From assembly GCA_046346845.1 (NCBI GenBank), contig JAXMHH010000002.1:426747-490746 (forward strand): a stretch of 64,000 bases of DNA. Reading direction: 5' to 3'. The position numbers and the translations under genes were made by a program. This document shows, piece by piece, positions 9,418-17,969 of this stretch. The stretch comes from a bacterium. Its GTDB lineage: Bacteria > UBA10199 > DSSB01. Position 1 is the first letter of the stretch. Every line of letters starts with the position of its first letter. The notes beneath the pieces were generated by a model that was not told the DNA's origin, did no database searches, and saw only the letters and a list, made by a program, of their open reading frames with translations.

Positions 9418-11484
9418 ATGGCGGGCACCTTTTTCCCAAAAACCGCGCTGCGCGGGCCGCAACGGCTCGAGTGGGAGGCGCTGCAAGGCGAATCCGACCC
9501 GCAGCTCTACGCCTCGGGGCTGCTGGGCTTCGCTCAACGCCAGGGACAAATGGGGCAGCTCGAGCTGGCGGCCGAGGTCCTTCGGCACTTGGAAGCGACG
9601 GGTCCCGAGCCGCTGCGCGGTCGCGTGCGGCGGGAACTGGAGGCCATGCTAGGGCAGGGGACCTTCGGCCCCCGGGCGGAATTTTTGCTGCGGAATCTGG
9701 CGCAACAGGCCAGCGAGCCCAGCTCCCTTCTGGCCATGGGTGCGGCGGGGACCGTCTTTCGTATGACGCGGCTCTTGACGCTTTCTCGCCTTTGCCAAGC
9801 GGATTCCCTGGGGTGGATGACGTGCCTGCTGGGGGCCGGTCGCCTGGCGACGCTGGCCGGCTTCGCGGCCGAGGCCCCGGCCTTCGTCCTGGCGGGCCGT
9901 TTGGGGGGCGAGGTCCTGGGGCGTCGCCAGGACTGGAGTTTCCGGGCCCTGGCCGGCGAATTTGCCTCCAGCTACCTGCTCTTGGGGGCCCTCAAATTAG
10001 GAACCGGGTTCGGCGCCGGAGTCGCCCGCGCCTTGCCGGATGGGCCCTGGCGCGGGCTGCTGCGCCAGGGCGGGACCTTGGCCGGCATCGCGCTGGGGCG
10101 TCGCTTGGAGGCGTCCTGGGGCCCGCATCCCCAGCCCGGCGGCGCCACCGAGCTGACCGACTCCCTGGCCCTGCTCCTGCAATTCCAGGTGGCCGCGGGA
10201 TTGGGTCGAGGGCTGTTCGGAAACAAGCTCCACGCCTGGGAACGCGCCTTCGACCTTCAGGCCGCGGCCCTGAACCCCGCTGGGGGCTGGTCCGCCGGTC
10301 CCCAAGCGATCCCCGCCGGGGCTGGGGGGGAAGGCCAGGGATTGCCGGGACGAAGGGTCGAGCCGAGATTCCTCGGGCACTTCATGCAGATGTCGGGAGA
10401 GGGGGGAAGTGGCGGGGCCGGAAAAAAGGCCGGCGCGGTGGACTCTCCGGGATGGAGCGGCCGCCTGGGCTCGGTCCTGGCAAAACTGCCGGAGTGGTTC
10501 CGAGGGAATCGATCCCCGCCGGTCCCGGCGGACGAACCTGCCGAAACCGCCCCTTACCGTCGTCAGCCCTATCATTTTGCCACGCCGGCCGCGGCGCGGG
10601 CCCATGGCGAGGGGCTGTGGCAGCTGGTGCTGGACCCCAACCAAGCCCCGGAGCTGCGCCTGACGGGTTTGGCGGAGGTCGAGGCTTATTACGAAGGACT
10701 GCGGCGCGCGGCTTGGGATTATCAGGGGAATCTCCGCCAGGGACTGCAGCGGCTCCAAGGTTTGATCCGCGACCCCGGGGTTCGCTACCTCGAACCCGAG
10801 GGTTGGCCGGAAATCCTGTTGCAGCGGGAGATCCCCCTGCCGAAATCGGTGGCGGATTTTTATCGCAGCGACCTGCTGATCCGCGGCCGAGCCGCCGAGC
10901 TCTTCGCCGACCTGCATCGCCGGCCTCCGGTTTCGACACCCCTCCTCAAAAACGGCGTGGTCTTCCTCGAATCGGCCGTTCGCCAGCCGGGACTTTCCAC
11001 CAAGTTTCGCACCTATTGGCGGCCGGATGTCTGGTCCCGCGCCTATTTCGCCGCCGAGGCCCAGGCCCGGCAGGCCCTGTTTCGAGCCTACGCCCGATTG
11101 TTGCCGCAGCTGCCAGTGGGGAGCGTGGAGGCGGTGCAGGGATTTCGACTGCTCACCGAGGAGCCGCTCCTGGCGATGGCGCGCGGCGAGGGGCCCTTGC
11201 CGGATTACCTCAGCGACCCGGCTTGGGTCGTGGAGCTGCTCAGCGCCCAAGCGGAATTGCTGCGCCTGCTTCCGCTCCGCCACCCCGAGGTGCAGCGGGC
11301 GGATCGCATTTTGAGCCCCTTGCTGCAGAGCCTGGGAGAGCGGGCCCAGGAGGGTGATCCGGCGGCGATCGAGGCCCTGGGGCGTTTTGCGGTCTCGGAC
11401 GGCAGCGCGGTGGCCCTCTTGCAGGATTTGGCGGAGCGGGGCAACCCCATCGCCCGAAACCTGCTTGCGAAGGGGCGACCCTGA
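9418..11484 (+). CDS. Array member 2: module plus unknown helical cargo
   Basis: ESDPQLYASGLLGFAQRQ...GPRAEFLLRNLAQQASEPSSLLAMG...DSLALLLQF; the C-terminal region is HEAT-like and resembles member 4. Confidence 0.8.
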   Translation: MAGTFFPKTALRGPQRLEWEALQGESDPQLYASGLLGFAQRQGQMGQLELAAEVLRHLEATGPEPLRGRVRRELEAMLGQGTFGPRAEFLLRNLAQQASEPSSLLAMGAAGTVFRMTRLLTLSRLCQADSLGWMTCLLGAGRLATLAGFAAEAPAFVLAGRLGGEVLGRRQDWSFRALAGEFASSYLLLGALKLGTGFGAGVARALPDGPWRGLLRQGGTLAGIALGRRLEASWGPHPQPGGATELTDSLALLLQFQVAAGLGRGLFGNKLHAWERAFDLQAAALNPAGGWSAGPQAIPAGAGGEGQGLPGRRVEPRFLGHFMQMSGEGGSGGAGKKAGAVDSPGWSGRLGSVLAKLPEWFRGNRSPPVPADEPAETAPYRRQPYHFATPAAARAHGEGLWQLVLDPNQAPELRLTGLAEVEAYYEGLRRAAWDYQGNLRQGLQRLQGLIRDPGVRYLEPEGWPEILLQREIPLPKSVADFYRSDLLIRGRAAELFADLHRRPPVSTPLLKNGVVFLESAVRQPGLSTKFRTYWRPDVWSRAYFAAEAQARQALFRAYARLLPQLPVGSVEAVQGFRLLTEEPLLAMARGEGPLPDYLSDPAWVVELLSAQAELLRLLPLRHPEVQRADRILSPLLQSLGERAQEGDPAAIEALGRFAVSDGSAVALLQDLAERGNPIARNLLAKGRP

Positions 11485-11525
11485 AGGCTAGGGAGCGGAT
11501 TATTCGAATAAGATAGGGATCACTC

Positions 11526-14333
11526 ATGGAAATTTCGGCTCAAGGTTGGCCGCTCCCGCTGCGCCAGGAATGGGACTCGCTGGCGCGCGAGTCGGACCCC
11601 GACCTCTACGCGGAGGGGCTGCTGGATTTCGCCCGCCGCCAGGAGCGGGCCGGGCGCCTGGAGCTCGCCGTGGAGCTCTACCGCCGCCTGGCCGACGCGC
11701 CCGACCTGGCCCCCGCCCTGCGGCAGCGCGCCCGCCAGGGCCTGGATGCCATCCTGGGTCGGGGTGACTTCGGTCCCCGAGCGGAGTTCTTGCTGCGAAC
11801 CTTGGCCCAGCAGGCCAGCGAGCCCAGCGCCCTCCTCGCGATGGGTGCCGCCGGTGCGGCCTTTCGCCTGACGCGCCTGGCGGCGCTCTCCCGCTTGGCG
11901 GCGTCCCCGCGTCCTTGGTGCTTGGCACGGCTGGTCGGCGCGGGGCGGCTGGCCTCGATCGCGGGTTTTGCGGTGGAGGCGCCGACCTTCACCCTGGTCG
12001 GCCGCCTGGGGCACGAGGCCTTGGGGCGCGAGCAGGATTGGAGCGCCCGGGGCTTTGGCCGCGATTTGGCCTCGAGCTACCTCACCCTCGGTGGGCTGAG
12101 GTTGGTCGGGGGTCTGGCGACGCGGTGGGGCCGAGGCCAGGCTCCGGTCTTGCGCGGCCTCCTGCAAGAGGGCGGGATGCTCAGCGGCATCCTCCTCGGT
12201 CATCGCCTGGAGGAGTGGGCGGGTCTGCGGGAACGCCCCAGCGGGGCGACCACCCTGGTGGATTCCTTGGCCCTGCTGCTGCAGTTCCACGTGGCCGGAG
12301 GCCTGAGCCGCGCCGCCTTCGGGCCGCGCTGGGCCGCTTGGGAGCGGGGGCTCGACCTGCAAGGCGAGGCCCTGGGGCAGACACTGGAAGCCCCGCGGCG
12401 CCTCGCGGCCGCGCCAGCGCCGGCGGGTGCGGCCAGGATCGAGCTTCCCACCGTGTTCATGACCCAGGGAGGAAACGAGGGGGGCAACGGGAACCACGAG
12501 GGGCGGGGCGGGCGCCCGCGCAGCAATCGGCCGACCTTGGCGGGAATGGCCCCGGGGCCCAAGTCCAGCGCCCCCACCGCCCCGCCGGCGCCGCCCTATG
12601 CCGAGGAGTCGCCGTTTCCATTGGCCGACTTGGCGCCGGGCACCCGCCTGGTCCGCGCCGGCAGCACCCTGTCGGCCTCTACCAATACCATGGCGCATCT
12701 CCTCGAGGCCCTGGAGATCTACTTCCGGCATTACCGCGATCCGGTGGTCCTGCGGGTCGATGGCCGGGTGAGCCTGGACGTTCGTCAACTTGGGGTATTG
12801 CGGGTTGAGCTGCATCGCCTGTTTCGGGAGCACGGGGTCCCCGAGGGGACTCGGGTTTCCCTCCTCTTGCCGGCCGAGCAGGAGGTTTGGCATTTCCAAA
12901 AAGGGGGCCTGACCTTTGAGGCGAGGCGGGAGTCGTTGGTTGCCGCCGACCGCAAGTCGACCTTGCCCGCGCCACCGCCGGCCATCCCCACGCCGCCGCC
13001 TCGGCCCAGCGCCTCCATCCCCACCCCGGTCCCCTTTCGCGCGGACAGCCTGGTGGTGGAGGACTTCGAGGGCGTGAAACAGGCCTTTCGTCGCCTGATG
13101 GCGGGGCTGGATACGGAAGTCCTGCTCAGCCCCGCGGTTCGCCTCAACCGGGGCCGCGTCGAGGAAAAGGGCCTGCAGGCCCTGGCCGACATCTTGAGCG
13201 AGCACCCCCTGCCGGAGGGCCGGAAGATCTCCGTCTTTTGGGTAGAGGGCGGGGGAGGGACTTTGAGCTTCCAGCGCCAGGGGGAGCTCGTCCGCGCGGA
13301 TTGGAAGGCCTATAAGATTCCGCCGGAGACCTATTGGTTGGTGCCGGTGGCCTCCCGCCTGGGACAGATGCAGGTCTATCGCGCCTCGGCGCTGCCGAGC
13401 TATCCCGGGGAGGGATACCGCGGCTACGAGGTCGCGATGGAGGCGGAGACCAAGGCCTTGTTTTCGCGCCTCGCCCACCCGGGGGTTTGGGAGCAATGGG
13501 TGGGACGGGAAGAGGGAGCGGCCCGCCGGGGGGAAGGCTGGGCCCGACTCGCCTCGCATTGGCTCAAGGAGAACGCGAGTCCAGGGAAGACCCTGAGCCC
13601 CGCAGCCCAGGAGACTTTCTTAAGCCTCCACCGCATGCTGGAGCGCTCCCAGGCCTACCTCGACTTGGGGGCCTTGCAGCGCTTCCGTGATCGGCTCGGC
13701 GCGGCCAAGCTGCGGGAATACGATGAGCAGGTCGCGCGCTTCAACCGAGGCCGCCTCACGGCGGGTCTCGAGCAATTGATCCCGCTCGGCGAATTCGGTT
13801 CGCGGCAGCTCGGGGATTATGTGGTCCCGCTCAGCGATCACCTGCGGGCGGTATTCTGCGAACAGCTCTTCAAGAGCCGCGGCGGGTCGCGGATTCCGCT
13901 CGAAAACAACGCCCTGCTGCGCGATCCGCTTCGGCTCGGCGCTTTGTTTCGCGAGACCCTGCGCGTCCGCGCCCTGCCCCTCTTGGCCATCCACAAGATG
14001 ATCCAGCTCCAGGGCCTGGGCGAGACACCCGGCAGCCTGCTCACCCGCAGGCGCGAGGAGCTTGGCGATCACAGTCGGAAGCTGAGGGACGATTTCGAAT
14101 TCTTTCTCGCCGAATGGCCGGAGTTTGGCCGAATCCTGAGGGGTGGTGCCGGGTCCTTCCATCGCACCCTGCTCGCCGAGGTCTTCGAGGGGCCGCAATC
14201 GGTCCGCGATCTCTACCAGCAGGTCCTGAAGGTGCTGACGGCCTTGCCGCCGGCGGAGCGGCGCTCCCGGCTCCTCGACACCCTGCCCGAGTGGGCGGAG
14301 CTGGGCAACGCCCTGCGCGGGTCTCGGCCCTAG
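11526..14333 (+). CDS. Array member 3: module plus duplicated small alpha/beta unit and helical tail
   Basis: Module 11590-12370; junction LPTVFMTQGG; Pro-rich linkers. Confidence 0.8.
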   Translation: MEISAQGWPLPLRQEWDSLARESDPDLYAEGLLDFARRQERAGRLELAVELYRRLADAPDLAPALRQRARQGLDAILGRGDFGPRAEFLLRTLAQQASEPSALLAMGAAGAAFRLTRLAALSRLAASPRPWCLARLVGAGRLASIAGFAVEAPTFTLVGRLGHEALGREQDWSARGFGRDLASSYLTLGGLRLVGGLATRWGRGQAPVLRGLLQEGGMLSGILLGHRLEEWAGLRERPSGATTLVDSLALLLQFHVAGGLSRAAFGPRWAAWERGLDLQGEALGQTLEAPRRLAAAPAPAGAARIELPTVFMTQGGNEGGNGNHEGRGGRPRSNRPTLAGMAPGPKSSAPTAPPAPPYAEESPFPLADLAPGTRLVRAGSTLSASTNTMAHLLEALEIYFRHYRDPVVLRVDGRVSLDVRQLGVLRVELHRLFREHGVPEGTRVSLLLPAEQEVWHFQKGGLTFEARRESLVAADRKSTLPAPPPAIPTPPPRPSASIPTPVPFRADSLVVEDFEGVKQAFRRLMAGLDTEVLLSPAVRLNRGRVEEKGLQALADILSEHPLPEGRKISVFWVEGGGGTLSFQRQGELVRADWKAYKIPPETYWLVPVASRLGQMQVYRASALPSYPGEGYRGYEVAMEAETKALFSRLAHPGVWEQWVGREEGAARRGEGWARLASHWLKENASPGKTLSPAAQETFLSLHRMLERSQAYLDLGALQRFRDRLGAAKLREYDEQVARFNRGRLTAGLEQLIPLGEFGSRQLGDYVVPLSDHLRAVFCEQLFKSRGGSRIPLENNALLRDPLRLGALFRETLRVRALPLLAIHKMIQLQGLGETPGSLLTRRREELGDHSRKLRDDFEFFLAEWPEFGRILRGGAGSFHRTLLAEVFEGPQSVRDLYQQVLKVLTALPPAERRSRLLDTLPEWAELGNALRGSRP

Positions 14334-14390
14334 GACAACTGTCCGAGGAAATCCTCGATAAAGGCAAAATAGTTCAGGGCTCGGGAGAAA

Positions 14391-16445
14391 TTGGGGCACG
14401 GAATGGCCACGGAGCTGGCTGCGCTGCGACCCGCCTTGCAGCGGGAATACCAGGCCATCGCGGCGGAATCCGATCGTCAACTCAAGACAGAAGCGCTGCA
14501 GGGTTTTGCGCGCCGTTTGGAGGCCGAAGGGAGTTTTTCGGCCGCCGCGGAGCTCTATGCCCGCTTGGCCGCTGAGGCCCAATCGCCCGAAGCCAGCCGC
14601 CTTGCCCGGGATGGCCTCGACCGGCTCCGGGGCCGGGGGGGCTTTGGCTCCCGTCTCGAGCTGCAATTCCAACCCTGGATTCGCCAGGCCGCCGACCCGC
14701 GGCTGATCGCGCCGATGCTGGTGGGGGCCTTGGCCTTTCAGTTGGGGCGCGCCGTGGTCCTGGGCCGCCTCAGTTCGCTCGCGGAGGCCTCCTGGCTGAC
14801 CCGCGGCGCGGGCGCCCGAGCCGCAGCCGGGCTGGCGGGCTTCGCGGCGGAGGTCCCGAGCTTTGTGGCCGCCCAGCGGGCCCTGATGCCGGAACCGGCG
14901 GAGCTCGCCACTGATCTGCGGAACGCCGCCCTTGCCTTGGGGGCCATGAAGTTGTTCGCCGCCACGGGAAGGTGGAGTGTGCAGTCTTTTCCAGGCTTGC
15001 AGGGTAGGATGGCGACGGCCCATCTGGCGGGAATAAATCGCCTTAGCCACGTCGTGATCCCCGAGGTCGGAGCCCTCCTGGGACTGATGGCCACGCATCG
15101 CCTGGAGACGACCTTTGGCTGGCGGCCCGCCGTCGATCCGGGCATGGATTTCGCCGACAGCTTGCTAACCTTGTTCAGCCTGAGGATGGGGGAGGGCTTG
15201 GGCCGGCTGGCGCTGGGACCGGGCTTCGCCGCCTTTCGCGCCGAGCTGGGCCTTCGGGGGGAATTCGCGGCGTCGGGGAGGGCGAGCGGCGGCTATTCCT
15301 CCCTTGGGCAGCCGGCGTGGGCCGGGACGAATGCCCCGACCAGGACCTTGGGTGTCTTGGCGGAAAGGCCGACCTTACTGATGATGTCAGGCCGGGACGA
15401 CGGAACGGGGAGACGAGGTCCCCTCCAGAATAGCGCCGCGGGAACTCCTTACCGGGAAGGGGGAGGTTCTCCAGCTCCGGAGAATGCGATCCAGGTGGCC
15501 AAGGAATTGCGGCAGGCGATTCGGGATGGGGATATTCCTCCCGCCGAGCGTTTGCAGTACCTGGAGACCCTCGCCAGGATTCTCCCAAACTTCGGGACGG
15601 GGGAGGCGGCGGTAGCCGGCTTGAAGGACTTGGAGAGGATCCTGCGGAAACCGAAGGTGAGTTACGAGCTGCCGCGCCAGGTCCCCTCGCAGGTCACCCC
15701 CTATTACGGCTACGATTGTTTACTGCGAAGCCAGGCCGCCGAATTATCCCTCAAGGTTTTAGCGAATTTTCCGAGGGGCGCCCGGGAGCGGGAGCGGTTC
15801 GCGGCCGCCTTGCGAGAGACGATTCTCGAACCCCAGATTCCGACCCGGTTCCTGGCCCCGTCCAAAAACCCGGAATGGGGGCGCTACTATGCCGAGGCCG
15901 AATCCCATCTGCGCCGGACCTTGTTCCCGTATTATCCGCAGGCCCTCCGGGACTTGCCGACGGAGGCCTACGAAGTGGCGGAGGGCCTGAAGTTTTTGAG
16001 CTCTCCCGCCGTGAGCGGGCTCTATGAGGACCCCGCGGATCCCAGGGCCGCGCAGAGCGCCCAAGAGGCGGCGCTGGCCTATGCGGCCCTGCTCGCGGCC
16101 TCTTCTCCCTATCAGCGCAACTTTCGCGCCGCGGAACTAGCGGCCTTGAGCCCCTTGCTGGCATCGCTCGCCGGGCCTGCCGCGGCGGGGGATGAAGCGG
16201 CCCTGCGGGCCCTGGCCGAGGCAGGGCCGGGCGATCCGCGCGCGATCGAACTCCTCACCCGCCTCCGGCTGGAGGCACGCGATCCCCACCGCAAAGAAAC
16301 GATCCACCAAATCATGGCAGCGGCCCAGGAGCTCCAGGAAATCCGCCATCAGGAAATCGTGGAGAAGTACCTCGCCCGTGATCCGCAAAAGCGGGGCCTG
16401 CTTTACTGGCTTGAAAAATTGATCCGAATTCGGGGTTACGATTAG
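14391..16445 (+). CDS. Array member 4: divergent module plus helical cargo (alternative start ATG 14403)
   Basis: ESDRQLKTEALQGFARR...FGSRLE...DSLLTLFSL; junction PTLLMMSG; cargo aligns with member 2. Confidence 0.78.
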   Translation: MGHGMATELAALRPALQREYQAIAAESDRQLKTEALQGFARRLEAEGSFSAAAELYARLAAEAQSPEASRLARDGLDRLRGRGGFGSRLELQFQPWIRQAADPRLIAPMLVGALAFQLGRAVVLGRLSSLAEASWLTRGAGARAAAGLAGFAAEVPSFVAAQRALMPEPAELATDLRNAALALGAMKLFAATGRWSVQSFPGLQGRMATAHLAGINRLSHVVIPEVGALLGLMATHRLETTFGWRPAVDPGMDFADSLLTLFSLRMGEGLGRLALGPGFAAFRAELGLRGEFAASGRASGGYSSLGQPAWAGTNAPTRTLGVLAERPTLLMMSGRDDGTGRRGPLQNSAAGTPYREGGGSPAPENAIQVAKELRQAIRDGDIPPAERLQYLETLARILPNFGTGEAAVAGLKDLERILRKPKVSYELPRQVPSQVTPYYGYDCLLRSQAAELSLKVLANFPRGARERERFAAALRETILEPQIPTRFLAPSKNPEWGRYYAEAESHLRRTLFPYYPQALRDLPTEAYEVAEGLKFLSSPAVSGLYEDPADPRAAQSAQEAALAYAALLAASSPYQRNFRAAELAALSPLLASLAGPAAAGDEAALRALAEAGPGDPRAIELLTRLRLEARDPHRKETIHQIMAAAQELQEIRHQEIVEKYLARDPQKRGLLYWLEKLIRIRGYD

Positions 16446-16480
16446 GAAGCGGTTGAAAAGCGGTATTTTTCAACAGTCGG
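16446..16480. mobile_element. MITE-like element, minimal copy (35 bp)
   Basis: ggttgaaaag...tttttcaacag inverted ends with TTAG duplicated at 16442-16445 and 16481-16484. Confidence 0.55.
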
Positions 16481-16501
16481 TTAGCGCCGGCCACGAACCC
16501 A

Positions 16502-17131
16502 TCAATGGCTCGATTGCGGCAAGGCGGGTTTGTCCGGTCCGCGCGGCAGGCCCCCGAAAAACTTCCGCCACATCCAGCGAAAGCCGCGGAAGATCTTGGG
16601 CAAGAACCAGGCGAAGAAGACCAAGAACAACGCTACGATCGCCAGCATCAGGTAGGGGTGCTGGAACATGAACCAGATCGAGAAGAAGACCATCAGGTCT
16701 TCGCCCAGCGACAGGAACCAATTCGAAAAGGGCTCGGGGCTGGTGTTGACCATCGCCCGGAGGCTGGACTTGGTCGCGTGGCTGGAGAAGGCCAGGCTGC
16801 CCCCGACCAAGGTGGCCGCCAGCTTTAATTCCGGCGAGACATTGCCCGCCGCGCCATAGGCGAGCACGGCGCCCGCCGGGATGCGGATGAAGGTTTGGAT
16901 GCTGTCCCAGGCCGTGTCGAAGGCTGGGACTTTGTCGGCGATGAATTCCACCACGTAAAGGACCAGGGCGATGCCGAAGACGGCGGGGTGGCTTAAGGGG
17001 TGCAGGCCCGCGGGCAGATCCAGCCAGCCCAGCCTGCCGAACAGGCCCAGGAATCCGATCGTCGCATAGGCATTCAGGCCGCTCGCCCAAGAGGAACCCA
17101 GCATCAGACTGAGGGTGGAGAGGGTATCCAT
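16502..17131 (-). CDS. DUF4126 family membrane protein
   Basis: WASGLNAYAT, VEFIADKVPAFDTAWDSIQTFIRIPAGA, SPEPFSNWFLSLGED motifs. Confidence 0.85.
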   Translation of the reverse strand: MDTLSTLSLMLGSSWASGLNAYATIGFLGLFGRLGWLDLPAGLHPLSHPAVFGIALVLYVVEFIADKVPAFDTAWDSIQTFIRIPAGAVLAYGAAGNVSPELKLAATLVGGSLAFSSHATKSSLRAMVNTSPEPFSNWFLSLGEDLMVFFSIWFMFQHPYLMLAIVALFLVFFAWFLPKIFRGFRWMWRKFFGGLPRGPDKPALPQSSH

Positions 17132-17132
17132 T

Positions 17133-17645
17133 TTAGAGCCTATCGTACTCTTCCCGGAAGACTTGGTAAATCTCCGGATCGAGGAGCATGACCTCGACGC
17201 GTTCCAGGCTGGGGACTTCCGGGAGCAGGCGGGCGATCTCGCTGAGCAGGATCTCGGCGCAGCGCTGGGGATCGAAATCGGAGACCCCGGTGCCGATGGC
17301 GGGAAAGGCGATCGAACGCAGTTGCAGCTCCGCGGCCCGCAACAGGGAATTTTTCACCGCATCGTAGAGGGATTCGTCGGTGGTGGGCTCGTCGAAGCTC
17401 ATGCTGGCGGCGTGGATGATGTACTGGCACTTCAGGTTGCCGCCGCTGGTGACCGCCGCCTCGCCCCGCCCGATGGAGCCGATTTGGTCGCATTCTTCTT
17501 GGATCTTGGGACCGCCCTTTTTTCGGATGGCGCCGGCGACGCCGGAACCTAGCCAGAGGTCGGTGTTGGCTGCATTGACGATGGCTTGGGCCTCGCTCTC
17601 GGTGATGTCGCCTTGCAGGATATGGATCTTGGCCTTGGCCGACAT
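17133..17645 (-). CDS. Macro domain protein (MacroD/YmdB-like ADP-ribose deacetylase/hydrolase)
   Basis: GDIT..AIVNAAN..LWLGSGVAGAIRKKGG, AFPAIGTG. Confidence 0.9.
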   Translation of the reverse strand: MSAKAKIHILQGDITESEAQAIVNAANTDLWLGSGVAGAIRKKGGPKIQEECDQIGSIGRGEAAVTSGGNLKCQYIIHAASMSFDEPTTDESLYDAVKNSLLRAAELQLRSIAFPAIGTGVSDFDPQRCAEILLSEIARLLPEVPSLERVEVMLLDPEIYQVFREEYDRL

Positions 17646-17969
17646 GACGGTTCATCATAAAAAACAAAGGCCCCGAGCGTCAATCATTCCGATGCCGCGA
17701 TCTGTAAGATATTTTGTGCTATTTTTTCGACCGGCCGAGGTTTTTTTTCTGTTGCAGGGCCCCGGCGCTCTCCGTTACATCTCGACCATCCCAGCGCCAC
17801 CTGGTTTTTTTGAAAACATTGACAACCTCCGCGCCGCGGTCGCGATAAGGCCGTATACGTCAAAATCGGGTAAGGGACGTAGCCATTCCTCCAGCAGGGT
17901 GTTTCCTGTTCGGGGGTGTCTGTTTTCAGCACGCGGTGCTGTGGTTGGGCTTGAGAAAGGACCGTCCCC

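Noticed and set aside
17819-17850. Sigma70 promoter for array member 5
   Set aside because: TTGACA is present but there is no convincing -10 at 16-18 bp.
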